The notes under the pieces were generated by a model, which was not told the DNA's origin, made no database searches, and was given only the letters and a program-made list of their open reading frames with translations. Position numbers and translations under genes: made by a program. Shown piece by piece: positions 13,049 through 27,500 of a stretch of 64,000 nt of DNA. Positions within the stretch are counted from its first letter, which is position 1; the number at the start of each line of letters is the position of its first letter. Origin of the DNA: Haliotis rufescens (Eukaryota); contig NW_025963890.1 in NCBI RefSeq assembly GCF_023055435.1, positions 57,598,001-57,662,000 on the forward strand, given 5' to 3'.

Positions 13049-15328
13049 TAAGTGAAGATAGGTTGAGTGGAATAACTTTCCAATACTTGCACCTTTGTGG
13101 TAACTTTGGTATTAAAACCAGCACATAACATGTTTTACTGTAAGGTTCTACAACTGTGCCATCAACGACCTTGTCCTTATCCACCTGAAACTTATACCCT
13201 CACCAACTTGTCAATTCCATATTAATCACATGCAATAAACTCTGACATACATCATGTACGTAGAGATCACAGCACCTGTCGCAAGGACAGACACTTATCG
13301 CCTTCATGCTTTGCAAATGCATGTATATGAAAAAAAGACAAAAGTCTGTTCTCTTGAATTGATTTGAATAAGAAACCACTGAGGCATCCTTTTGAAGCAC
13401 AACAATGTTTAGAATGAAAATATCTGTGGAATGATGCCGTACAACATTTACTTCACAATTTAACTCAGGGCTTCATTGTTATTCTTAAATCAACCAGTCT
13501 TTGCAGTCATTTTCTTTGAAAGCAATCCAAATACATTACAATCAAAGTATGCATGGCAGAATATAATTGATGCTGATTTCATATTTGAGTGATATTGAAT
13601 ATCAACAGAGGTGTGGCTCTTATTCCCTTATGAAACAATTTACATCAAATAGAAACTAATTTCAACATCTAAAAATAATTATATAGCCTATTTATCTTAA
13701 TTCCATAGTCTAGTTTTTGTAATAATGAATAAAATTATTTGTGACATGTTTATTAACCAATTTAGTCCTATCTGGAAAGCAGATGTCTGCATTTTGTTTC
13801 TTTCAACCTCAAAAGAGCAAATGTGTAATACAAGCAGTATATGTGTATATAACATGTCAATTGCAAATGTTTATCTCAAACGTAATCCATATTTACTCCA
13901 TGACCCATCTTACATTATCTGACATGAAGTATCATTTATCTCCCCTTAAGATGGTATTCATCCTAATTTATAACAATATATAACACAGTGACAGTCGCAG
14001 ATGGTGTATAAATTGTATATAGACCACATCACATTAGGCCTACATCATCCTTCTTTGCTGTCAATTTCACAGACATGTGGCACTTAAAGTAATGTACATG
14101 CTATATACGATATATTTCATGCAGGAGGAAAGCATCTCATCCATTCGGACATCCCATATTCAACGATGTAATTACATCTGGAAGAATTTGGTTTCTTTTC
14201 CCTGTGCTTCACAATGAGCTAGTGCAGCAATGTGCTTTTCAATTAGGAACAGAAGCCTTGAAACGAACTTTGAAGGTCAATGTGACCTGTATCAGCTTTC
14301 CTACAACATTTAGACTGCCATATTGTGTTTCAATTATATATATTTACTTGATGATTCAACATAATTACAGCCATATTACTAAATACAAAAAGTCTGGAAT
14401 CATTAAAAAAGTATGTTTTCTGTTTAAAATTGAAGAGTTCTGTAGCCCAGTGTTTAATGTGTTTCTCTAATCACATTAAAGGCCAAGGTACAAATCCCAC
14501 AAAATCTCTGATGTCTATTTTGGGTATTTTACCATAAACTTACTACAAGATTGATTAACTTGTCAAACCTCTTCACTCTCAATCTCCTAAATCAATTCAA
14601 CAACTGATTAACTGCAAACTGATTCCTAAAGTTTCAAACTCTATTCTCTCTTCCTTCATCCCTTTTTAACATATTTCCTAATCTCATGATGCACAAAGCA
14701 ATACTAAACCTCAAATAATTTGACTCATTAAAACTTGGGTGCATTAACAACAGGGTTGTTCAATTAACAACACCTCCATATGCAATCATCACTTAATCAT
14801 TGTTACACAAGACAGTCCCTATCAAAATCCACCTGCCTCCATCCCTGAAATGTATCCCTAGTTAATAGCAACCTTCTGTGTTATACCGACATGTCAGTGA
14901 CATTATTTATCTAGGTGGCTCGCAATATACGAGTACAAAGGGGAGAATGAGGCTTGGGAATCTGGGATATGTAGGCGGCATTCCAGCTACATGGGCAACA
15001 GCCTTATTCTCCTTGATACCTACAACAATGTAGGCGGGGAAATATACAGGTTTATCCCCCCTGGGAGACATGAAATGATTGCCATCTTCTTGGTGGATAT
15101 GAAATGTATATATGTCACTGTACATCACTGTAGCTAATAAAATGATATCAATTTAGTCTGGATTGTAGGACGAGATTATGTAGTCTGGAAATTTTTTTAG
15201 GATCAATAAGGATGAATTTCACTCCCAAAGGATATATATTGCTGTACGAAAACCTTTCCATAAGAGCCATTTCTGATACTGAAAGCCTTAACATATGTAA
15301 GTTTTCATTTCTTATTGCTTATTTTTTA

Positions 15329-15650
15329 TGTGAGTGAGTGAGAGAGTGAGTTGGGTTTAATGCCGCTTTTAACAGTTATACCGCAGCATGTAAGCTTAAT
15401 GTGGGAGGAAAGCCTGAAGTGATGCAGTCTCAGATGTGAGTGAGTCAATATTTAACGTCACATCGGCAGTATTTCAGCCATATCGTGACGATGTCTCAGA
15501 CATTTACCACTTCAGTGAAACCTATGAGCACAGGTATGGTGCTGACAAACCTAGAAACATAATTGGAGCAAACCGGGCATCGAACCCACAATCATAGGTT
15601 TCTGGCGTGTCCAAGGGATGCAACTCTGAACAGCAAATCGCAGTGACCCC
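15329..15650 (-). mobile_element. Family B SINE with a short retroposon 3'-tail fragment nested at about 15436-15492
   Basis: B sequence interrupted by gtgagtgagtcaatatttaacgtcacatcggcagtatttcagccatatcgtgacg, flanked by duplicated gtctcaga. Confidence 0.8.
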
Positions 15651-17657
15651 TATTTTTTAAGACTCAGAGACAATTATATATGAACATAAAAAGAATGTGA
15701 AAAAGGGTCCATAGTCATAGAAATAAATGCTCTTGTGCCTAAGATTGAATAGTTTCCTGCTCCCGATAGTCATGTCAAAAGTAATTTAATGATGGAAATC
15801 TCCATCAGAAACAAACAATAAATGTCTTCATGCCTAATATTTCATTTTGGAATTTAAGTCATAAATTGTGGTAAACAAAAAGTAGAACAAAGATTCAATT
15901 CCTATTCACACAAGTTGTAAACAAGATATTAAGTACAATTATTGACCCAATACAGTTGAAGTGATTACTGTAATTAACACCCAGGGTTCCAGTAATTAGA
16001 TCTGCCATATGTAGATAGAACCAATTTGATTGATTGATACAGACATTGGCATCTATTCTATATACCAACCGGAAGAATTTGTTTAGTCTGTCATCAATAT
16101 TATGATCAAAAAGGAAATTATGATCCCCTACCTGCAATGATCTATCAGAAAATTATGAAAAACTCTAAAATATAAAATTCAATACCATCACAATCCAGTT
16201 GACATAAGTTCTTGCCAGATATCAATATGTTTATAATAACTCAATAATTACCATTATCATCATGCATAGAATAACGTCAATGTCCAACGCATACTGAAAT
16301 TTATTACATCCGATATCACCTACAGATGTAACTGTAAACCACTGATAAATCTATATAATCCATCCTATGCGGCACAGAAAACAATGATATGCATTTCATT
16401 ATTCCTCAATTGACCCCATGCAATATGCTCCACACTCTAATGGTAATAACCAACGTCTAGGTCACCGCGACCTGGAACTATGAAGGCAGAGGTTTATTAC
16501 CAGAATGGATTATTGCGATCATATTCAGATTTATTTCATTGTTTTACTGCTACTGACGACTTATTCCTGACTGACATTAGATCTTTCCTATGAAATATGC
16601 AACACCCCGTTCCCAGATGATTAATAACACAGGTGATCAATTTCCACATCACTACTTTCTCATAACTGAGATTAATACGAACATGAAAGTGTGATATTGC
16701 TGACGATGCACAATCGGTTCTGTCAGCAGTAATACATAAACCAAAGGAAAGGCCATGTGTTTCTGTTTGCAATGCTGTTTTCATGTCATACAAGCAATGT
16801 CTTCCTTGTGAAGGTAGACTTGGAGAAGTTATGGCAGCCGAGGGACAAATCAATACTGCTCATCAACTTAAGAGGATTTGATCAAGTAGAGACATCACTG
16901 ATTGTTGTTCAGCAAATTCTTTGTCCAGTAACGACCCAGCTTTGTTCTTTTCATCATGACACACGTCAATCAAGTCTGTGGAATTGGGTGGAATCGATAA
17001 ACATCTCCGCTTTACACACGTATTTGAACGTATATCTCCAGCATTTCCCACTCTAATTCTTGAGATCCTGTGTACAGTCTGTCAACATGTTCTATCGTTC
17101 TTCTCATACTTATATCTTTTCCAGTCTGTCTCAGTCCAAACCTTATCATCTCGCTGTTGCCCAGCCCTTAATGTAATGCTTAGCCCTAAAAGAAGCAAGT
17201 CTAGATATTCCACAGGTTCAGGTTCTGAATCACCCATCTCACAAGGGCTCCTTTTCAATATAAAAGGAGCTGTTTCTATCAAAACTATATATTTTAAGAG
17301 ACCAAGCTTCAGGCTTCCCCTTTTCCTTAACCTCCTTATTTCACAGGTGACAATCCTATCTTTCACTATTTCTTACAATGCATCGCTTCCCATGATACAA
17401 GCATTCATGTTTAACTGACAACCACTATTCTATATCTTAGCCTTGAGTTCCATGGACGAAGAGCCCTACTAAGCACTCCCTGACAACTCTTGTATCCCAG
17501 TAGACATTTGTAGTCTCCAAGAGCAAGGCAAAACCCCTTTAAATCCATTAGCATTTAGCTAGCTCCTTAGAAAGCCAGCATTCTTTGATAACCAACCCCT
17601 TAAGGCCATTAGCCTTTAGCCAGCTCCAAAGACCCAAATGTTTCCTCTGACCCAGTA

Positions 17658-17804
17658 CAGTAAACTACGTTTATAACAAACGCTTACAACGAACAAACCG
17701 ATATATTTGATGTATAAATGCTGTATATAAGCTTTTAACGAACTACGGTTATTACGAACTAAAATTAGTGGTCCCTTCGAGTTCATCTTAACCGTAGTTT
17801 ACTT
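17658..17804. mobile_element. Family G: Tc1/mariner-pogo (Tigger-like) MITE
   Basis: ta|cagtaaactacg ... cgtagtttact; same family as 51907-52064 in the opposite orientation. Confidence 0.7.
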
Positions 17805-17899
17805 TAATTAATTATCTTTTAGCTTTCTCCAGCACTCCCTAAGAAATAAAAAAACCCATTAGACTGGATCCAAAAACCCCAGCATTCAAAACCCCTTAG

Positions 17900-18160
17900 T
17901 TTATATCCTTCTCTAACTCCCTCTGCCAACTTTCCCTCAGCAAGACATGCTTTCCCTCCCTCCCTCCCCCATCTTGCCCCTCTTTGACAGCCTTCCCTCC
18001 CCCTCTTGCTCCTCTTTGACAGTCACCCTCCCCTCTCATCATCACCAAAAACCCTCCCCTTCTTTTGAGCCTTTATCCTTCCTCCTCCCCTTTCACCGAC
18101 ATCCCCCAATCTACCTTCCCCTGCCACTAACCTACCCATCTCCTCCATCTCCTCGATCTC
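17900..18160. repeat. C/T-rich low-complexity tract
   Basis: Dense ccct/cctc runs; the Pro/Ser-rich ORF here is compositional. Confidence 0.6.
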
Positions 18161-18791
18161 CACAACAAACACATTCCAATACAAGGCTGACAACCCTCCT
18201 GCAGACAAATTCATAAACGTCATAATCGTGACAAAAATGAATCTTACTTAATCCAACCATCACTCAAATTTACTGCATTATCTCACAAATACTCTCTGCA
18301 AGGTCACCTTGACCCACATACATTCTTCCACTTTTTTCATCCAGTACACCAATCAATACACACGCTGGAAGTCCAACACTGTACTCTCCGTAGACTCGGC
18401 AACCACTATTATATTTCCTCTTCTTCCCACACTGCCAGACTAGACACTTGTCCAACTCCAAGACTGAAGCATGGAACCAGCATTCCTGGCAATCTGGGGC
18501 CAGTGCCAATGCTCATTACGTATGTCTGACATTGTGCCCCGTTTCAATCGTTAATTTCAAACGGGAATATAACAATGGCTGCACAAAGGCTACACATCAG
18601 GAAACGGGCACCATCACCACCACCTCTGCAATCATGCATTAACAATGGACTACATGTGTTCCGATCAGACCTAACCATCATATAACAGGTTATTAACTGC
18701 AGTTTTACTATTTTCGGTATAAAACATGACAAATGTAAAAAAATAAGGCCTTTCCCAGGCTGACTGACACAAGAATGCTAATCGTTGGCTG

Positions 18792-18892
18792 ATTTGTTTG
18801 TTTCTTTGTTTGGTGTTTGATGGCTGTCTGTAAATAATTAAGTCAGGAACAGACAATCCAGTGATCGACATCATGAGCATTGATCTACACAA
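18792..18892 (-). mobile_element. Family C 3' fragment
   Basis: (tttg)n tail, ctgtaaataatt, cagacaatccagtgatcgacatcatgagcat. Confidence 0.75.
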
Positions 18893-19260
18893 AGCTCCTA
18901 CCATTCATGGATACTACAGGTCCTATTCCCAATATGATCCTACATAATTCATGTCAACCCCAAATAAAACAACATTTTTCTTTATTTGAACAGGTGGAAA
19001 AAGGTCTGTGTATAAAGCACAATCACACATTGATATGCCTGGAGTTGATTTCTTATTCCCACATTATATCTTATGTAATATAATAGCATAAAATAAGTTT
19101 CAGATTCAGTCCAACGATCTTGAAGAAATTGTGATTTATGGAACTTTGCTTAGTGTTGATGTCAGTACCAAGGTTTAATTCTGGATCAGACAAACTAGTG
19201 GTCAGTAACTTGACCCCCATCCATGACATGGGGAATATGCACATTCAGCCTTTACACACC

Positions 19261-19475
19261 GAACAGGTCTTCAACAACCCATGCTTGCCGTAAGAGGCTA
19301 CTAACAGGATCGGTGGTCAGGCTTGGTTGATGCATGTCATCATATCTAAATTGTGGGGATTGACGCTCATATCATAACATCAATCACTGAATTGTCTGGT
19401 CCAGCCTCAATTATTTACAGACTGCTGCCACATATTGGACTATTGCTGAGTGCGGCTGTTAAACAAACAATCCAA
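19261..19475 (+). mobile_element. Family C short retroposon, slightly 5'-truncated, single-hairpin variant
   Basis: gaacaggtcttcaacaacccatgcttgccgtaagaggctactaac...tattgctgagtgcggctgttaaacaaacaa. Confidence 0.85.
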
Positions 19476-20148
19476 CACACATTGCAACAACCCAATCCAC
19501 ATTTTATGTAATTTTTTATTAAAGGCTTGTGGTATTGGCAGCTAATCTGTTCTGCAATCCCCTCTAGGAGTCTCGAAGGACTGAGAACCATGAAGCAAAG
19601 ATACCATCCCTTATACAGAGGCAGATTCATCGTTGACAGACAAGCAAAACCAAATTGACCAAAACACATGACCAGTTTGTCCACAGGTCAAGTTGTTCAT
19701 GGTTACAAAATTGTTTATAATGAAATCACATATATCTACACCGATCTGACAACCAATTTCTTCAAAACAAACTTTCCGATATTTCTGATAGTTTCATCCT
19801 ATGAAATCAATACATCAAGGCGCGTCAAACAGGGAACAAATGTTCTGATAAAAGACATTCCTGGCATGTCTACAATACAGATTAATCTTCCCATAAAACA
19901 GTAGCCTCCAGGTCTGGGCTCTTGACAAATTCCTACCACATGAAATCATTGACGTATCAGCTCCAGTATCAAGTGATAAACAAATCATCACATCATAACA
20001 CTTCCTGACATAGCCCAATATACCCCACAATCAGATAACAACAAAGATAATCAGCCTTTGTGAGGTGTCTGTCCTGTAACCTTAGTGACCTCACACGAGT
20101 CATGGCGGGCGACAGTCTTCTACGGTATGTTTGTATCGGTGATGGACA

Positions 20149-20498
20149 CAGAGCTCCAGATAAGCTGCGTATCTGCGTGAAATACGCATCAGAAATGCAG
20201 AAATACGCAGTAAAATGCCAAACTCCACGATGACAGTTACATCATGATCATTTGCCATCATACTTTCGTGTGGAAGTATCGTGGTATTTTTGAGTCCAAT
20301 AAAGCTCTCGAACCCACACGACACCAGTTTGCAGGGGCTAGATGAATAGTGTTTTTAAATATTTAACTTAAATACCCACATGTGTAAAAACTAGTGGGTA
20401 ACAGAAATTTGAATACGCAGATAGAATTACTGATACCCAATGATTTTAAAATGCATGGGTAAAATACCCACAACACCAAAAGCTTATCTGGAGCTCTG
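20149..20498. mobile_element. 350-bp MITE with CAG...CTG termini (P-element/hAT-like)
   Basis: Perfect 18-bp TIR cagagctccagataagct / agcttatctggagctctg; tggaca on both flanks. Confidence 0.8.
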
Positions 20499-23400
20499 TG
20501 GACATGATGGACAACACCCTGATGACTCGGCCATGGAGCAGATTCTAACAGCTTGCTTCCAGAAGGCTCTATCTACATGCTTCCTACAAAGAACAATGAT
20601 GTCATGTCTGTTTGTTGTTTTATGCTCACTCAGCAATATTCCAGTCATATGAAGGTGGCCCGTCGGCAGACTCCCCCAAATGAAACACACAATAATTGTT
20701 TAACGAGTAGGCTTTGTGTATCATTCAAGTTATGTGTGGTATGCATAAATGCTCAGGTTCCAAAATATCAAAAAGATTCACACATTTTCAGATTATTATT
20801 TCTCAAATCAAGTCAATGCATCAGCAAGTCCTCGTTGTGGTTGTCTCTATTTAATGCTGCAGCAATGGCTGGCCACAATGACAGCTATTATTAATAAACA
20901 ATGGTCCACACTTTCTGATATATTTTCAGGTTCCATACAAGCAGGTCCGATGACACCATAACATTGATTGGTTACTCATGTCGACTATAGTTGTTTCTGA
21001 AGGTCACTAAAACTACACATGCACCAGTCTAGTACTGCAACATTGCAACTCTGTCCTGTGTTGATGCTGTCACACTAAGTGATGCTGACTCACTCATGAC
21101 AAGGGCGTTGAGACATGTCAATAGCAGTGTTGACAACACTTGATGCCCTGGCCGATATACATGGGTCAGTGTGGGGACACATGTCTCCCTCTACAGGGGT
21201 CTGTACCCACAACAATAGCTACACTGTTCATGGCACTAGTGTGAAGGTGTCAATATCACAGTGATAACACCCTAATAGCTCAGATGTCTATCACCAAACG
21301 TTGTCAGTTTCACAAGTGTGTTGGAACTTGGGTGTTAATATCATGCTAATATCACATAGACAACCACAAATGTCTCCCATATATATCACCATACACCCGG
21401 GTGCTGTTGGGGATAAACTGTCTCAGGAGAGGCCAATTCTATTACCACAATACATTGTATGAAGGAAGATAGGTGTTAATATTACACTCATATCAAATAG
21501 ACAGGACCTAATGTCTCATATTATCATGTATCACCACACAAAGGGTTACTGAAGGGTATAAACTGTATACATGAGGGACCAACATCATTAGAATCCTTGG
21601 CATTTAAAAATGTCAGATGGCAGTTGGGCCACCATCCAAAACTGGAAGGGTGTGTATGGGCAGGGCATTAATTACAGCAATTGCGGTAATTACAATGTAC
21701 TTGTTGCTCCAGGAGAATCACTCACTCACTCTGACTCTGACTCACTCCTTCCGTCAATACAAACATGTATACAAGCATCAGAATTCTGATTAACATGACT
21801 GATGTTCCCATTTTTTTAAAAATTCCCAATGTTCGAAAGTGTCCCGTAACCATGGCAATCAATACCATCAGATGATGTAGACCCCCTGTTCTTCCTTCCC
21901 AGGTGTCCCCTCTTCCTGGCTGTAAATTACAGTAGCCGGTACTCAGTGTTCATCTAAGCAAGAGTCAATCAAGATGTCACTCTAAGCCAGGTGTTTCCAC
22001 CTACTATAATGACCTCATCAGGGTTCAGCCCGGTCAGGCACTCAGGACCCCAGGAGCCTCTGATGGTGTAAGTCAGGCAGGGAACAAATAGGTATTTGCC
22101 ATCTACTCATCAAGAAAATTTACCTTGTACAGTTGTGGAGGGGGTAACATCAAAAAGTGCTTCCAAGAAACAGTAAAGCCATTCAAGCAGGTGAAGGTAT
22201 AGACCAAACCTTCTTGATACTCGTTTCAAGGACAAGAGCATTTGAAATACAAATATGAAGGTTTATTAACGGTCACAAAAGCGGCATATAAAAGCTTAAT
22301 GGCATTATTACACAATCTGTCTTCTTTCAGATTTCATTCCGTTGTCAAATCTGCCGTATACTTACACCAGTGTTTTGCTTGTCCGCTTGTCCAAGACTAC
22401 TACTAAAAAACACTAGTTCTCTGGACTAGTCTTGTAAACGCCACAATTTCTAAGGCTGTTACACTGACTGCAGTGTTGGAGATAAACATTGCAATGCAAT
22501 ACCTAGACTAACATCTAGTCTCTGAAATGAACATATTTTATGGATAAAAACAGCTGTTGAATTATAGTTATGAAATATAATAAAAAGGAGTCTAGAGACT
22601 CTTCATTTTCAGACACTGATACTTCAGCAATCTAGACTTGCTGAATATCATAGACTTGCATGGACTGTATTTGTTTCAGGGTTCGTATGACAGACTTATG
22701 CAATACCTGGTCCATAAATTTTAAAGAAAGAGTCTCATCCTGGCCAAAAAAGATTTATCAATTCACAGGTGTCATAAATCAAACATAACTGGTTCCCAAA
22801 GATAATTATTGTATGGCAATGGAAGGAGTCCCTTAATGAAGGTCAAACTAAACATAGGCCCCATCTTAAATAGCCCTTCAACTACAAGTGGTAATATTCA
22901 GGAAACAGGTTTAAAGCAAATAGTCAGTGCGTGACCGAAGATTCCTTCATGTCTTCAAAGATATCTACAACTAAAATAACTTTTAGAAAAGACACATGAG
23001 TGCCTTGATCATGCAAGTGGTCCCAGGCTGCTTCGTCCTGTCAGGCAGCAGTCCATATACCCCACAACACAGCATTGTGGTAGTCATTAAACCACTCATC
23101 TGTCACTAAACATTCAGCCTCAGGCTCCCACAAAAAATTGGCCACGGTTTTTGATTCAGAAGAGAGTCAGCATTTGTTGTGGACCAGCAAAGCATGGAAC
23201 TTGTATCCGGCCCTAAGAAAACACTACACAATGTTGTCACACGACAGAGGAAAGAAAGCCATGAAGTTTCATTTTTCCTCACCCTTTACAGAGCATGTGT
23301 CATGCTCAATCATGCCACATCCTGCGAGTGCCATGCTATAACATGCGTAATGAACAGTTGCTTTCAGAAAAGCAGGAATTGCAGGTTTTCCAAGGTTCAA

Positions 23401-23718
23401 TTCCGATAGAATGTCATCACTTAGTCTCCTTCATCCCCACCATCTGCAAGATAATGATTCTTAAGTCTCTCTTTTCACTGATAAAATTGTCTTGAGCCAC
23501 AAAGAAATAGCCTTGAGGCAGTGTGGTTTGGTGATTAGACTGTTTTCCCCAAATAAAAGCTTTTGGTTTTTGTAATGAAATTAGTTTTATGTCCTATCCA
23601 CCTGAGTTTAAACACTTACAATGTGCACTGATGTCAGTTGTCATTTGTCAATTAATGAAGAAGGGAATAACATCATATTTACTATCTACTCACAGCACTG
23701 CCACTCGGTAATTAAAAG

Positions 23719-23830
23719 AGTGAGTGAGCATGGTTTTATGCTGTTTTTAGCAATAATCCCATCATTTTACATTGGGGAAATAACAATAATGGGTTTCACA
23801 CATTGTACCCATGTGGGACATCAAACCCAT
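23719..23830 (-). mobile_element. Degenerate family A SINE
   Basis: gtgagtgagcatggttttatgc...atgggtttcacacattgtacccatgtggg. Confidence 0.7.
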
Positions 23831-24293
23831 GCAGATATAAAAAGGGAACTGTATGAAAGAAAAACAAAATCCTCATATTGTGATGAACATATATAAAGAA
23901 ATATTCACCAAATATTTTAACATCTGTCACAAAAATAAAAGCCTCAAAACCATTTCCATAATCAAAGGAAATTCCATCAGCATTATGAGCTTGTGTTTAT
24001 GAATCACTATCAAATGGTGATGATACCAGGTTTTCACAAAAAGGTGAGTGTATCCTGCCACACTGGTGGCACCTGTCACAAACACATGCAAAGGCAAGTC
24101 AATTGTTTATCTGAAAATACACAGCAACATGTGGTACAAGTCAAAATAGGGAATTGCATCGAACATCATTTTTGTCACTGATGCATGAAGCAAAAATCTT
24201 TAAGTCTTTTCATTACTCGGTGAATGTCATCAAAAGTCATTCATACGAACAGACTTTTCAAGTATCAACCATCTTCATAACTGAGTGCTAAAT

Positions 24294-24527
24294 GTGAAGA
24301 TCCGGGGTAGAATAGGTCTTCAGCAACCCAAGCTTGCCATAAAAGGCGACTATGTTTGTCATCAGAGGCGACTAACATGATCGGGTGGTCAGGCTCACTG
24401 ACTTTTTTTTATGCAAGCCATCATATCCCAATTGTGTGGATCGATGCTCATGATGTCAATCACAGGATCAACTGGTCCAGACCGCTGTCATATAGCTGAA
24501 ATATTGCGGAGTGCAACAAACAACCAA
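24294..24527 (+). mobile_element. Family C short retroposon, near full length
   Basis: gtgaagatccggggtagaataggtcttcagcaaccc...aaaggcgactatgtttgtcatcagaggcgactaa...atattgcggagtgc. Confidence 0.87.
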
Positions 24528-27500
24528 AGGAAAATGTTTCAAAGCATATATATCCACACTCATTTATAGATCTATAGCATAAGAAGAAGAATTGTAATAT
24601 AACATTAATCGAGCAACTTAACCCTTTCCACCCTAATCCTTTAAAGTTAAACATATTAGTCCAAGCTTACTGCAAATTAATACCCCCAAATCAAAATATT
24701 GCATCATGACAACACATGAAGAAAAACATGTTGACATTACACGGCATACAAAGACCCAGATCTCCATCTGTTAGAAGTCCCTACCCTAATACCTTCAGTT
24801 AATCCCTATAATCCTAGTCCCTCCTCTATATAAACTGCCTATGGGTATTAACCCCTTACTCTCACTGTCACTCCTTAACCCCTTTAAGACTAACACATTC
24901 TAATTGAAATACCTCAAAACTCAAGCAAAACCATCACAAAGCAATAAATGTCACACTGACCCATTTCGCCTTCCAGGGGACCTCCTACCCAATAAACAAG
25001 GACAGCACACCTCCAATTATCACCTATTAATCTACAGGGGCCAATCTACCTGTAGCACCAAACATAAACATCTTGTCAGATTTATATAAGGTCTGTTGAA
25101 ACCAATTCAGAACCTTCTTACTGCCACTTGAGCCACCAAAGCTTATGGCCACCGACTGAGATTCTTCAGTACTTAACACTATAAGTATGGGGGTCAGTGA
25201 GGTCAGAAGGACCCCTGGGACGCAACTGTACCCTTACCCTCAGGGTCACGAGCAAGGATGTTGCTAGCATTTTTATATACGAGGTTTTTTTACATTTAAA
25301 ACAGAATACGTAATAATGAAAGATTGACTCACTGGCAACTACATGACATGACCATTGAATAATGATCTCATATCTCCTTAAAATGTTAAGCAATAGATTT
25401 TGGTAAGAAATATACATACACACAACTTTAAAATGTAGGAATTAAATGTCTAAATCTTGGCATACACGCAAGATGTATATAGATTATATTTCGAAGTTCT
25501 TGAATATCCAACCCTAAAAAGGGTTTGCATTTGCTGTGTAAATATGATTGAGAAGAGTAGTCTTGAGCAAACCGCAACAACACTAAAATTGAAGAATTTC
25601 ACATCAGCCTAAAGCAATGGGATCTCAAGTAAACTGAGCAGAGAGACAAACACAGACAACATTTACTAGCATGTGATCAAAACATCTCAAAATCAACCTA
25701 AAAAACATTTAATACTGAACAAAAATAGCACCTTAACAAGAAACTTGACATGCTTCAAATAAAATTACCCCGTCACATCAAACCCTTAAGACTGCCTAAT
25801 TTGCAAAACTGAATCAATCTTTTTATATATGTAATTGCTCCATCAATTTCATTATGCAACGCTTGCCTCTGATCCCTATTGACCAATCCAACACTGTTTT
25901 TACCCCCAACCCCAAAAACCTCATAAATCACAAGTAATTGGTCTTACTGGACAATTAACAATAGACATAGTGTGAGTGTCCATTTCTTCAACTCCTCAAT
26001 CTGAGGAACCCATAAAAACTTCAAAATGTACAAGCAGAGATTACACAATGTTACGACTGCAATAAACCTCCAATGGCAATTTAACTGATGACTTCTCATT
26101 TGCAGTCCAATTAATGTTGAATAAACTACCGGATGAATAGCGTCAGAGAGGCTTCAGATTGATAACATACTCAACCTTTCAAATTTAGGGATCTTGTGAG
26201 ATAATTGAAAAACACTCCTTTCCAATTAATTGAATAAATCTGACAAATCAATTGGGCAAGAGAGCTTTAATAGGACAACACTGAGGATAAGATTCAATAG
26301 CATTACTTCACCTTTGTGAAAATAATACCATGCTAAGCATGATTAAAATGCAATTTAATTTTGTTGAGGTATTTGTTAAAAGATCAAAGGGGTAGGATTC
26401 AGAATAGAACTAAAATGACAACACTATTCAATCATGAGGCAGTTCCTGGATTCTTTCAACGATGAAATGATGTCTCCATGATGTGATTGGCAATGTTCCT
26501 GACTTAACTTCTTAATGTTCATAAACAGACAACAACAAAATAGACCAGGGGTAGACACATCCACTTGTGCATTAGTCTGAATCAAGTTAACATCTTGAAG
26601 GGACTAGTTGTTTTATCTCAACGTGTAGTTATTTTACATACACATCAAGTCTCATTCAAGAAATGTCAGCATAGGAAGTTACATGCATCATACAGAAGAT
26701 CGACAGTCCCCAAATTACGCTTTTCATAAAAAACCCACCTCATTTGTCATTAATGTTATGATTAATTTTTTTTAATACTATAATTGCAATTTAACAATAT
26801 GTCAGTCAAACTACTAGCCACACTTGATGTAAATGTCATAGCGATGAAATGAAGCAGAAGGTCTCTGTGTCGTTTCATCAATCATTATTCGCAAACGATA
26901 ACACCAACAGGAAGATAGCTTTAAGCCAGCAACATTTAGACACAGATCAAAGTGACCTAACTGTGCCATCAGTGCATCTCGACTAAATTTAAACATTAGC
27001 AGGAATCTCACAAATGTTCTAAAAGTGCTAAGGAAACATGTTCAGTGTCTTAATCTTTCTGCACATATAACTTGCGGAGCAACATCAAGGCCATACTTTG
27101 AAAACGGTGCTGTATTCCTATCCAAGTATTCATATAGTTGTTGAATGTATCATGTTGGATGGAAACATGTATTTTTGCCAGATCTCAATCCCGTGTTGAG
27201 AAGCTGACATGTTTGAGCAACAACATCCGAGAACAATATTTCGCTTGCCAAGAAACATTTTTTTGAAACAAAAAGCAAACACTGAAAATAGCATCTACAG
27301 ATGTAGATATTTAAATGTACATTAAGGCCCTTTACAACTGTCAACTTAATAATGGACAAGAGCTGATATTAATGGAGATGGAGAAACAGTCTCAAAATCC
27401 CAAATACAAACATTTGTTCACAATTTCTAATGGTACTGAAGAACTCAGGTTCTCAATGAAACTGTTTCATCCAATGACGTGACAGCTGTACAGGTGATGT

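Noticed and set aside
16536-17418. Cluster of protein-looking ORFs on both strands
   Set aside because: Interrupted by stops, no recognisable domain and no convincing splice-site pair.
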